Below, one piece after another: positions 53,323 to 64,000 of a stretch of DNA of 64,000 nt; position 1 is the first letter of the stretch; each line of letters starts with the position of its first letter. The translations under genes were made by a program, and so were the position numbers. The stretch comes from Lingula anatina (taxonomy: Eukaryota > Animalia > Brachiopoda), in contig CM120643.1 of assembly GCA_051362555.1 (NCBI GenBank), positions 18,294,848-18,358,847 on the forward strand. Direction: 5' to 3'. Below the pieces are notes generated by a model that did not search any database, had not been told where the DNA came from, and saw nothing but the letters and a program-made list of their open reading frames with translations.

Positions 53323-54006
53323 CTTCGACGTATGTCCCTGAGAAAATCGTTTGGGAGGCAAATGTGCCTGGTCAGGTAAAAAGATGGGACGCTGAAATTG
53401 ATACCCTGCTGTATACTGCAGAGGCCTGGCTTGTAAGACGCATCTGCAATACTTTTAAAGGGGTTTATAGTGATTTACTGGGGCGCAAAGGAGCTATTAT
53501 TTAAATTATCAAACACTACAGTGATACACGAAATGTGTGTTGTGCCGTTGAGCCACTCGAGACGTGTTCGCATGGGAGATAAGTCGACCTTACTCGGCAC
53601 TATCCTAGCCTCTGGGGCGTGTGAATCAGTTACACGTAGTCTTACACTTGAATTTCTTTCACACGATTCCCGTTGGCCTCGCAGTTGAATAAAGCACGAG
53701 ATTGCTATAAGCATCGGTTTTAATCTAGATAATACAGTCATGAGAGAAGTCTTTCTGAAACTGAAATACCTATTTGCCACGTGAACGCGACTTCTGACAA
53801 TCTGGCTCCTCGCTTGATCTTAGCGATTGTGCAAAAGACAATTCACCTCGGTCTAAGGTGTTACAGAATACGCTACTCTTGAATGATGCCCAGAAATCAA
53901 TATCCGGGTTACAGTAGAAAATGCGGCACAGTGTCCAACTTCCCCTGCCCCCCCCCCCTTCCCCACACCCCATTAAACGTGATAATTGTGTAAAATCATT
54001 TCTTTA

Positions 54007-54047
<41 letters not shown>

Positions 54048-55085
54048 CATCTGTCAAAGAAATAGAATAGCGTTATAAAAAACAGTATCAAGCCAGTATA
54101 TATAACTACTGGTCTAGTCGTGGCACCTTAAGATTCAGAGGTTGCTGTATTCAACTAAAACTGAACAAAATAGGCCAAGATGATAGTAGAAGTTTGCATT
54201 TCATGCCGAAAACTTATTCGTTCGTAAACATTATATATTTTGGCATGGTGAAAATATATTAATGCAATATTGGAGACCGGAGAATAATATGGACTTTTCC
54301 ATTAATTTTATTTTCCTGAAAAATGTTCTTGTCAGGCAGGTAAAAAGAAACATTTTGATAAGGAAATCTCGCCCTTTACTTGCCAGGTGAGCACATTGCT
54401 GTTGGTGTGACGTCGATTGTGTTTCATTAATATCTGCTGTTCATAGCCCGTGAGGGGTGCAGCCCTTCCCTTTCCCCCGACAGGCGGACTGCATTGCCAT
54501 GTCTACCTCAGTCCACCATTATAGTCAAGACACCTCAATCGTATTAAACACTAAATGTCCTTTTCAGGGTTACATGTATTGTCCTCGGTACACAGATAGC
54601 TAGGGACTTGGAATGTCCTTTTTAGGGTACCTAAGTGGAATTCTGTGGACACGGTTACGTAACCATCTCACAGCACGTAGGCGAGACACCAACATCTCTA
54701 TCCACTACTATGTTCTCTCATTATTAAAAAATGATTGCTTAGACAAGAAGCCATATACCCTATAGGAGCTACCTTCAACCCATCCCCACTCTGCAAGGGG
54801 CGCTGTCAAAACTCACGTCCTCAGAGGCCCAGCTCTGAACCGTGTTATTTTGATAAAGTGGATTTAAACTGGGGCATGAGCCGACCACCCCCTACACATT
54901 AAAAAGGGAGTGTGTGTAAAAACAGGAGTAATTTCATTCTGTGTTAACATTTGTTTAATTATCTTCTGGTTTATTTTATGATAAAGTGTCGGTATGCTTC
55001 AGGGGTTTCGGTGAATCACAAAGATATTGTTTTTATCTGTTTCACACTGGGAGCAAGTAGACTGATCTGAAGTATTATACATGTA

Positions 55086-55135
<50 letters not shown>

Positions 55136-58100
55136 TAGAAATACATTAACACCTTGTCTGAAAACACAAACTTGTTTTGTGGCCTCTGGAAACATATTTT
55201 TCCATAGCACTTAGTGAAAATCATATACCGCAAAGACGTACTCTGAAGCCCGATCTAGTTTCCAGAAAACATTCTCCACTTAACGAGTACTACATGTAGT
55301 GCTAGTACGTTCACTTAAACTGGTAAATAATTACGTGACTTAATAATTATAATAATAAAGTACTGGTGAAATCACGTGCCCAAAGTATGATATACGTACC
55401 TCAATTGAATCGTATACCTTAATTTTATTGCCCAATTAAATCACCCTTCCATAAAATAATATTTTAATTACAATATAGACGTGTCTATATATGTAAGTTC
55501 TTGTTCAGACATGAAATTAAACCCAGACTGGTTTGGGACTAGATTTGACAAATTGAACTGACAAATTGATATGCAGCAGGATTTCTTATGAAAAGCCCGC
55601 TTCAAATGTTCATACCGATTTCCAAAACTTTTAATTCCTCAGTTTCAAATCACAGGACTATCAATAATCGTTAAATAAGCATTACCCTGAAAATGTACAC
55701 CCGTTTACACATCAGTTTAGGCTCGCTGCAAGCCAGGATCACATCAGGTTTGAAAAGTCCACATCAGTACAATGTATGCTGTTGACAAAAGATTTTCTAA
55801 AATCGTATAAGGACCGATCGTGCCGGATTCTCCAAAGTGCAAACGAGCCTAGCTGGGGCTGGAATAATTCCGTCTCAATAAGAAACGTAAGGTTGTGACT
55901 TTTGCCGAAATGTGCAAGTTTTAAAGAGCAACCTGTTTACAGTTTCGCATACCTGAAGTTGTTTTAAATGAGCTTGTTTGTTTACTGAGATACTGTAAAT
56001 GCCCGTCAATAACTACATAAAGGTGACTTAATCGGTGCTTGACTAATGAGTTTTTCTTTTTTTATTGGATTTCATTATTGCTACCATCTGTGACTTCATA
56101 ATATCTCACTAATTTGTATCATGCCATATCTCTAAATGGCATCAGTTGAATTAATACCACCATCGCGTGTCACGTTTCTGCTGAATAATGTCCATAAATA
56201 CTCTCCATTTGCGTTAGAAAACCAAAGGTCTTGACATAAGCTGGTTTCAAAAACAAAAATAGAGAATTCATATCCGTATGTTTGGGGATAAACGTGAGCA
56301 TGTCATGCATCGAATGCGTTTATCACGACTTAAGACAAACCGAGTTGTTAACGTAGTGGTCGCATTGCCTTCAGGTACAACAATCATTTATACACATTTA
56401 GTCATCAGGGTTTTCTGTGAATGAAATTTTCTCAAGGCAAATTTTTGTATCCATTTTATTTATTTGTGTACAACGTGTTTGGTAAAATACACGTCAATGA
56501 TGATTAATTTCTCTTTGTAGTTATTGATCAATGGATGCAAACTTGACTAGAGAGCGTTGTTACACATTCCTAAAACTGGGGATGTAAGTTAAATTTATAG
56601 CACACACGGGCGTTAGCTATGTCAATTTGACACAGAGAAGAATATGTTAGGACACTGAAACTCATGGCGCTTTTTATTTATTTTTATTTTTTTGATTAAT
56701 TAATTAATTAATTTATTTATTTATTTATTTATTTATTTATTGTTTCGTGATAACGCTGTTCGATAGTACCATAGTCGGCGTATATGTGTGGAAAGGATTT
56801 TGTTTCTTCTGTCTACATTTCTCAGCTTGTGAAACGCGGGAAGAAGTTAATTGCGTTGCAGTGTGCAGGAACCGTGAGAGACCAATCGTAGATTCCGCGT
56901 GCTCATTCTAGCATCACTTCGTCCATTTTTATTTGTACATTCTATTGCTGCTTTTGCGTTTTAATAGTAATTTATGATTATTCCATTGTGCAGTACAACT
57001 GCTTTTTGTTGGAAAAAATTATGATAACAGTAATAATCGTGAGAAGGAGGAGGAGGAGGATAATTCTAAGCCATAAATCCATACCATTGTCAACGTCTTT
57101 TACTAAAGCGACTTAGACAATAGATAGAGAACCGGGAATATTATCTTTTGTATTTAGGGGTGTCCTACATTGGTTCTACAAAATGCTGCTTTTTAATAGA
57201 CGGTGGACGGCCACGTGGGATCGAGACAGAACTTGAGGGTATATCGCCGCAGGCCTCACCATACTTCCCGATCAGTACCGTGTATTTGCGGGCGATCTGT
57301 GCGTCAAAGGCGTCTGTGAACTAGCAAAGGTGCTGATAACTTAGGCACAACCTAGAATACAGTTCCATTAGGATGATTTACAGGTAGCAGAATCGACAAG
57401 TGGTATTTTGCCGTGTTTAGTACTCAGAACAGTGTTATAAAATGAACGCTTCCAGTTAAAGTGCTCGGTAGGAATTCTCCTGAACGGTTATCACATCCAG
57501 GGTAGCTATAAATCTTGGAATGGGCTTCACAGCTACCTAGGCACACCGATGGCACTGACGTTTGCGTGGATGCAATTTTCATACCTTTGATCATTTATCT
57601 TTTTTTTTTTCAATTGAACGTTCAGTCGAAAATATACAAGCCTTGGCCATAATGTGCTTGGACATTACTGTACCTCCTCATTTTCTTTTTTCTTATTCTT
57701 CAACAAAAACTTTCCCGTGGTCTCTTTATCTTTCATAACACACATGCCTGTTTCATGAAAACATAACTCGGATAGATATTTTCACATCACTCGCTGGAAT
57801 AAAGAAATGCACCAACGTAAGAAATTAAAATACATGCATTTTATGATTTACGTTGCATGAAAATGAGGCCTCATAATCGAGTTTATGTTGCGTGTTTTCT
57901 CTGGGTGGCAATCTTTGTCAATTTTATTTCTGTACAGTGTTATCTTTTAATAAATACAGTAGAGGAAATGTAATTCTTTCAACCAGTAACACTAAGAAGG
58001 ATTATTATTGTTGTCTGAATTTTATTTCTATTTTAGTGACCCCTTTTTGGCGGTGACTCACATATAATATACTTGGAAAAAAATTCTTACTAGGGTGTTA

Positions 58101-58275
58101 CCAACTTCCCAGGTGTAGGTTTGTTTTGCCACGGTTTTTCAATGCGTTAGTCTATGTTTTCTTTTTGTTACGATTTGATTATCAAATTACCAAAGTACCT
58201 GAGCCATTTCGAAGTGCAACGTCCCACACCCTTATACCGGTCCGTATGTATGATGCACAGTGCACTTGGGACTAA

Positions 58276-58425
58276 GGCTACATTAACAGCAGCGGACTTA
58301 CAGATCCGCCGATCAAATACAATATCCATTTAAAAGCTTGTCCCATTCTTCCCTAATAGACACTGAATAATGGGTCGGCCATATTTGATCCGCGGATCTC
58401 TAAATCTGCGATTGTGAATGCGGCC
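58276..58425. mobile_element. Harbinger-like MITE (150 bp)
   Basis: ~44-bp imperfect TIR GGCTACATTAACAGCAGCGGACTTACAGATCCGCCGATCAAATA vs GGCCGCATTCACAATCGCAGATTTAGAGATCCGCGGATCAAATA (reverse complement); TAA left flank, AAA right flank. Confidence 0.7.
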
Positions 58426-58523
58426 AAACACACGGTACCTTACACATCAAAAAGTCAATGAGGTCCAACTGAACTCTTTTAAATACGTTTTAAAACGGTT
58501 TTAACAAGTTTCCATCTGCTGTT

Positions 58524-58797
58524 ATATAGGAACCGTTTACAGTGACTTTTGTCGACCTTGCCAATGGGCACTAACTCCACGGGGACTCTTGCTGAATGCA
58601 GTCAAATTAACAGACTAACACGCATCTTCTTGTTTCCAACGTACTAGTATAGTCAGCAGATATTACATATTCAACGCCAATAGGATGCGTGTTAGTCTGT
58701 TAATCCGCCTGAATACAGCGAGAGTCCCCTTGACTCTCACTACCTACATGTAGATCATTACCTAGGTCAACAAATTTCATTGTGAACGGCCCCATAT
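58524..58797. mobile_element. Nested inverted-repeat elements (outer Harbinger-like arms, inner 149-bp fold-back 58581-58729)
   Basis: Outer arms 58524-58566 / 58757-58797 (GGAACCGTTTACAGTGACTTTTGTCGACCT vs GGGCCGTTCACAATGAAATTTGTTGACCT); inner arms GGGGACTCT(T/C)GCTG...ATTAACAGACTAACACGCATC at 58581-58626 / 58684-58729. Confidence 0.75.
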
Positions 58798-58993
58798 AGG
58801 TCAACGTCAGACTAGAACCACGACCTCACTCAGTAGCTTTTTTTTTCGTGTATGATTCATTTCTAACTGCGACCTGATAAACCTCAAGGGTCAAGGCATT
58901 TAACCTTTAAAACTGGATGGGTGTTGGATGAGTGCAGCACCATATGTTGAAACACTGGAAGTCATTATGCATACCATACCTGTGTATGTTAGT

Positions 58994-58996
<3 letters not shown>

Positions 58997-59075
<79 letters not shown>

Positions 59076-59168
59076 TGAATCCCTCTACACAAAAGAAAAA
59101 ACGAAAGTATAGTCACGCACGCTCTCTCGCATGCACGCACGCACAAACACACACACACACACACACAC
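58997..59168. repeat. Compound (AT)n(GT)n ... (CA)n microsatellites
   Basis: Dinucleotide runs; GT and CA tracts face each other as an imperfect inverted repeat. Confidence 0.95.
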
Positions 59169-59199
59169 ATGCACACTGTTCATCGATGGTTATCACACC

Positions 59200-59952
59200 A
59201 AATAAAATTTATGACCAATGTTCCAATGCAAGACTGTCAGGTTTCTGTTCTGCGTAGTCCAGCGCGTCCTGTTCACTCGATGATTACGAGTTAACGTAGG
59301 CCTCTTAACCATCCTCCCTGTCCTATAGCCATGTTGGACCGGTCTCCTGTACATAGTTTGGAGAGAAAGCCGAAGCAAATGACGAGACCTTGATTCTGTG
59401 GCAATGGCAACTGCATAGTTGTGCGGCTTCTTCTGGTAATTCTAATGATGATACGATTAGTTCGGGGGTCAGTGGCACGTGGCCAACCTGTGGATTTGTC
59501 AGGAGCTACGCTCTCGGTCACAGTCCTCCTCTGAAATTCTCTTATAACAGTTCGCCTTGAAACGCCAAGCCCTCTGACAATGATGGGTTCCATGAAACTC
59601 ATTTCATGGAATGCAGTTATCTGGTCCCTAACACCAACGTCAGTCGGTCCTGGCATGGCTTCAGCTATAGTTTGGTGGAGGTCAGAGCTCATCTTCCCCT
59701 ACAATCCACTTTGTATCAAGGCAAAAACAGCCCTTTTTATAGCCAAACTTGCAACATCTATTCGCAACATTCTTAACTATGGAGCTGCCATGTTTACATG
59801 TGATAGTATTTGATCTGTGTTATGTCAAATGATCAGTTGTTACTGTGGGGAAGAAAGCAACCAAAATATCAACTCATGTAGAGCTTTAAAAGCTTATATG
59901 ATTGTTAAAAACCAGATCTTTGAGGGTATGACTACCATTTTGAACAGCCCTG
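59200..59952 (-). mobile_element. Tc1-like transposon, 5' half only (DNA-binding region), decayed
   Basis: MPGPTDVGVRDQITAFHEM...IIVRGLGVSRRTV...KSTGWPRATDPRTNRIIIR (HTH + GRPR-like motif) and, after a frameshift, TMYRRPVQHGYRTGRMVKRPTLTRNHRVNRTRWTTQNRNLTVLHW (Tc3-type second HTH region); candidate left TIR CAGGGCTGTTCAAAA at 59952. Confidence 0.82.
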
Positions 59953-59961
59953 TGTGTATAA

Positions 59962-60832
59962 ATCGCATAGGATGTTTATTTAATTCACGTTGACAAGGTC
60001 TGACATATCCCATTTGCAATGACGCATATGCTTACCCCATTCTAAAAGTTACATCAAATGTTTTCAAAATGGTTTCAGTTTTCAAAATTTTCCATTCTTC
60101 ATTTGTCATCTTTAACTCCTTTTTATTTCTATTTTCCTTGATGTTGCTATCTTACCTGAATTCTTGGCAGTGATTCATCCTACAGCGGCAATCTTAATTT
60201 TTTCTCAGAAGATAAAAGTTTTAAAAAACAGTTACGTCATGAAATGGTTTTAGTTTTTAAAATTTTCCATTCTTCATTTGTCGTCTTTAACTCTTATTTA
60301 TTTTTATTTTTGCGTGATGTTGCTATCTTATCTGAACCTGGCAGTGGTTCATCCTGCAGCGGCAAATAAGTTTTTTTCTAGAAGAAAAAAGCTTTTAAAA
60401 ACAGTTACGTCATGAAATGGTTTCAGTTTTCAAAATTTTCCATTCTTCATTTGTCGTCTTTAACTCCCTTTTATTTTTATTTCGTACAAATAGATAGATG
60501 GATAGATAGGTACACGTGATTGCTGTGATTTGATATCTGGGTAAATGGGGTTTTCACAGAACCTATATCTATCGCATAGGGTGTTTGTTTAATTCACGTT
60601 GAAAAGGTCTGAAATATCCTACTTTCCATGACGCATATGCTGTGCCCTTTTTTTAAAAAAAAACCGGTTACGTCAAATAATGATTTCAAAATGGTTTCAG
60701 TTTTCAAAATTTTCCATTATTCATTAGTCGTCTTTAACTCCTTTTTATTACTATTTTTTCCTGGTGCTACTATCTAACCTGAACTCTTGGCACTGATTCA
60801 ACCTACAGCGGCAATATTTATTCCTTTCTCAA
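59962..60832. repeat. Two-level tandem repeat (A-B-B-B'-A-B)
   Basis: Block A (ATCGCATAGG..TTTAATTCACGTTGA..ATGACGCATATGC) at 59962 and 60571; block B (~174 bp, AAATGGTTTCAGTTTTCAAAATTTTCCATT...CAGCGGCAA) at 60067, 60242, 60415 (partial) and 60689. Confidence 0.93.
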
Positions 60833-63800
60833 AAAAAAGTTGAGGTGTTTCCTTACAAATTATATGACTTAAAGCCCATCCTTTATTTTATCAAATTGAA
60901 TATATGCCTGAGTATTTGCCTAGGAGATGAGTTTTAGACGAGATCGCATTTCGCGCAATTTTGCTTCATGTGTTTTGGAAGGGGGGCTGAAGACAGAAAA
61001 ATATAGGCACGCTCTCATAGTATCAGCTTTCAGGAAGAAAGCGTTGTCCTGAAAAGTGACCGAAGATGAAACAGCGAGGAACAGAACATTAGCTAAAAAT
61101 GATCACATCAGTTATTTAGCTTTGAACAAATAGTAACATCAAAATATCTCAAAGTGAATGGGCGCAACCAAAGTCGTTAATTTCCCATTTAGATAAACCT
61201 CATACTTATATTAATATACTTAGGACGGGTTCCACGTTCTTCCATTATCTGCTGTATGACGCACATGTATTTCGAACAACAAAATCGACATACTAGTACG
61301 TATCTATTGTGTATTGGAATTATCTTATCTTTATCCTGTGTAATTTTTAATTTTTGTAAAATGAGAAACTTTTCGTCAAACAAACTCTAGACTCAATTCT
61401 CTATTTGCATTATATATTAACCCCACTCTCCTGGATTTTTAGATAAATCTTTTATCTTTTGTCTTTCTTACATTGTTGTTTGCGAATAGTGCATCGGCAT
61501 GTTTTTAACGCCGATATCAATGAAGCGTTTCACTTGGCGCGGTCGGTACTTATTTTACTGTAACAAACAAGGAAGCCTTCTGTGGACGCTTCACCTGATC
61601 TTATGTGAGATTGCTATTTACAACAGCTTGGGATCACAGCACTTACAGAAGAAATGCTCTGACAGGTTCTGTGAAAACCCCATATACGCAGATATCAAAT
61701 CACAGCAATCACGTGTCCCTATCTTAGCTTTAGAGGAAAAACCCCCACCCTCACCCCACAAAAAATAATACTAATTACGAGACAAAGCCAATCAATTTCC
61801 AATCCCTGTGCCCCATACATTATGTATGCTTGCCTTCGTCTACGGTTTTATACCTTTATTTGTCGAGCAAAGCGATTTAGGTTTTTTTCCTTTTATTGCC
61901 AATCATCCAGTTTCCAGCACCATTTCAAATCCCCCAGTATATATACATAACAAAATGCATTTTTACCAATAGAAGATGGATCAGAAGATGTACCTGTGCA
62001 TGTGCATTAAGACGCCATTGATTTAAGTGAGGATATGTTAAACGTGTTGGACCTATATCCTGCGACAAAGCTTAATTTTCAGTCACAGGATACGGACCAT
62101 TCAATTTATGAACGTGACTCGGATATTTTCCTACGCCGAAGAAGCTGTCCTTTTTGTAAATGGCTGAACATGCCGTGCCGCACGTCTTCTTACACTGTAC
62201 GGGAAGACGGTTCCGTCCAGGTGACATATACAAGTGACGGCTACAGGTGTTTGGCCGATTACTCGCTTTAGGCACTCATCGATGCGGTTTGATTGCATTT
62301 TTGTCCGATGAATGAAATTCAAGTTCAAGTATTGTAAGCGCTTCAAGATCCAGATGTTACACCAATGATTTGTATCCGCACGTGCGTGACCGCAGGTATG
62401 TTTGTCTGACTGCCTCACCTGGTTATATATTAAATACTTGATGAGTAAAAATAACTAGTAGGTCAGATTTGTTCAGGTTGTAATAAACCTGTTTCGAAAC
62501 TATGATCACTTATATCTATCTGGATATGGCTAAATTTTACTGAAAAGCTATAGGGAATTCAATTGTTGTCGCATTACAACATTACGTTAATATCATTAAT
62601 CAACACTATTCAAAGTTTATCACTAATCCGCTTTATTTCTTTTTATTACAGGGACCTTCAATAAATGGCAAAATTTCGACCATCATACTTGAATATGTTC
62701 TATTCTTTTAATAGGCACGTCTTATTATTTAAATCGGCTCAGACCAAGGAGACATAAAACGGGGTGAATTCGCTTACTCGAGCTGATGACGCAACAGCAG
62801 CGTTTTAGAAATGAAACCTTACAGATCTCCCTTGTCTGAACAGCTATTTTAATACCCAAAAAAGTGTCTTTTACGCCTATTCAATCCACAAACAAATACT
62901 GCCAGGGAATTTTCACGAAAGGCTTACTTCTGATTTTATCACTGAAGGAGAGAAATGATACCTTTGTTTAAAGAAGCATCGTAATTAGGGGACTCATGTC
63001 TCCTTAACACAAAATTTAAACCAACCGACAGCACCAGACTATAGTTCACACTCTAGTCAGTTGCGAATAAAGCAACAAAAACGGGAGTTTGCACTCTAAA
63101 AGTGTTTATATGTTTTACACTGATGTTAAGATAAGTATTGTACATAAAGGACATGTGAAAAACTATTTTGCCATATGCAGGCCTTTATGAAGTATCGAAC
63201 CACCTTAAGGTAAATATTACACTGAGTCGGTAGAAGTTGTCGGCGTCCACAGACAAGCTAATAAATCAAACAACGTGAGTAATTAAATATGTATAAAGTC
63301 CTGTTACGGAATAGTAGGGACAGGGAAATCACACAAAACCCCGTTTATCAGATTCTGAGGCTAAAAGATTCGGTCGACACTGCATTATTTTTATATGTAT
63401 ATACGTATTTACTGTTATTCTCAGACTTCTTATTGGAATTGTTCCTTGGATTCTTGACAAAATCGATAGCCCGATGCGGATCAGGAAACCAAAAACTGCT
63501 GCACGTTATTTTAAAGAAGGCATCTTTCCCTTTCTCTGTATTTATCACAGGTACAAGGATTTCCTTTTTGACTGCCGATCGCGTGAATACACGAAATCAT
63601 ATATAACAAAAGCTAAAAGCCAATATATATTCCCCACGTACCATGAACTATTAGCTGTAACTAATATACATATAACAACACTGTGTTTATGTTGTTTTCA
63701 TTCTTAATTTTATTTCTAAATGAACATTTAAGTAGTAGATGTTTTTATGTAGTGGACCCTAATTTTTTCGGAACTAATTTTTTCGCCGGTAGCATATCAG

Positions 63801-64000
63801 CCGAAGCACCAAACGGAACTACTCCCCCTCCATATTAAAACCGCAACACGATATCTAAATCTAAACCCTCCGCCTTCCCCATTGTTTTTAAAGCAAACTT
63901 TGCAATTATTTTTAAAGTTACAGAACTTTAACATTTGGTTTTACAAGTGTTTGGTGGTTATGGTGGTTTTCCCGACCTGTAGTGTAAGATTTAGTCTGTA

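Noticed and set aside
53495-53735. Weak inverted similarity TATTAT.TA.ATTA at both ends (Crypton/MITE-like)
   Set aside because: Too AT-rich and degenerate to support without a library search
1081-59257. Numerous short ORFs with poly-I, poly-F, poly-S/T, CV-, HT-, YI- or ER-repeats
   Set aside because: Translations of microsatellites and homopolymer runs

Overview
This is AT-rich animal genomic DNA with spliceosomal GT-AG introns, abundant microsatellites and many transposon relics. The repeat families and TACATGTA enrichment suggest a marine invertebrate such as a mollusc (inference). The only well-supported genes are three solute carriers from three different families. (1) An SLC26 (prestin/pendrin-like) anion transporter has its first recognisable coding exon at 282..1 on the minus strand; it runs off the window edge and is absent from the ORF track. 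(2) A complete CAT-4/SLC7A4-like cationic amino-acid transporter has 3 coding exons (43562..47271, +, 660 aa). (3) A convergent SLC10 Na+/bile-acid cotransporter-family gene has 3 coding exons (53322..49011, -, 529 aa) and an SLC10A3/A5-type N-terminal extension. The rest holds one full-length dead Tc1 element, two Tc1 fragments, two L2-clade LINE fragments, a Helentron-type HINE, several MITEs/fold-backs and tandem duplications. No rRNA, tRNA or CRISPR was seen, and I found no clear new multi-gene system. The most unusual items are a CAGG-ended MITE family with 5/6-bp TSDs and arm-to-arm covariation, a tandem repeat carrying AG/GT-bounded 24-nt cassettes upstream of the SLC10 gene, nested fold-backs, a bZIP-site cluster and roughly 10-fold TACATGTA enrichment.
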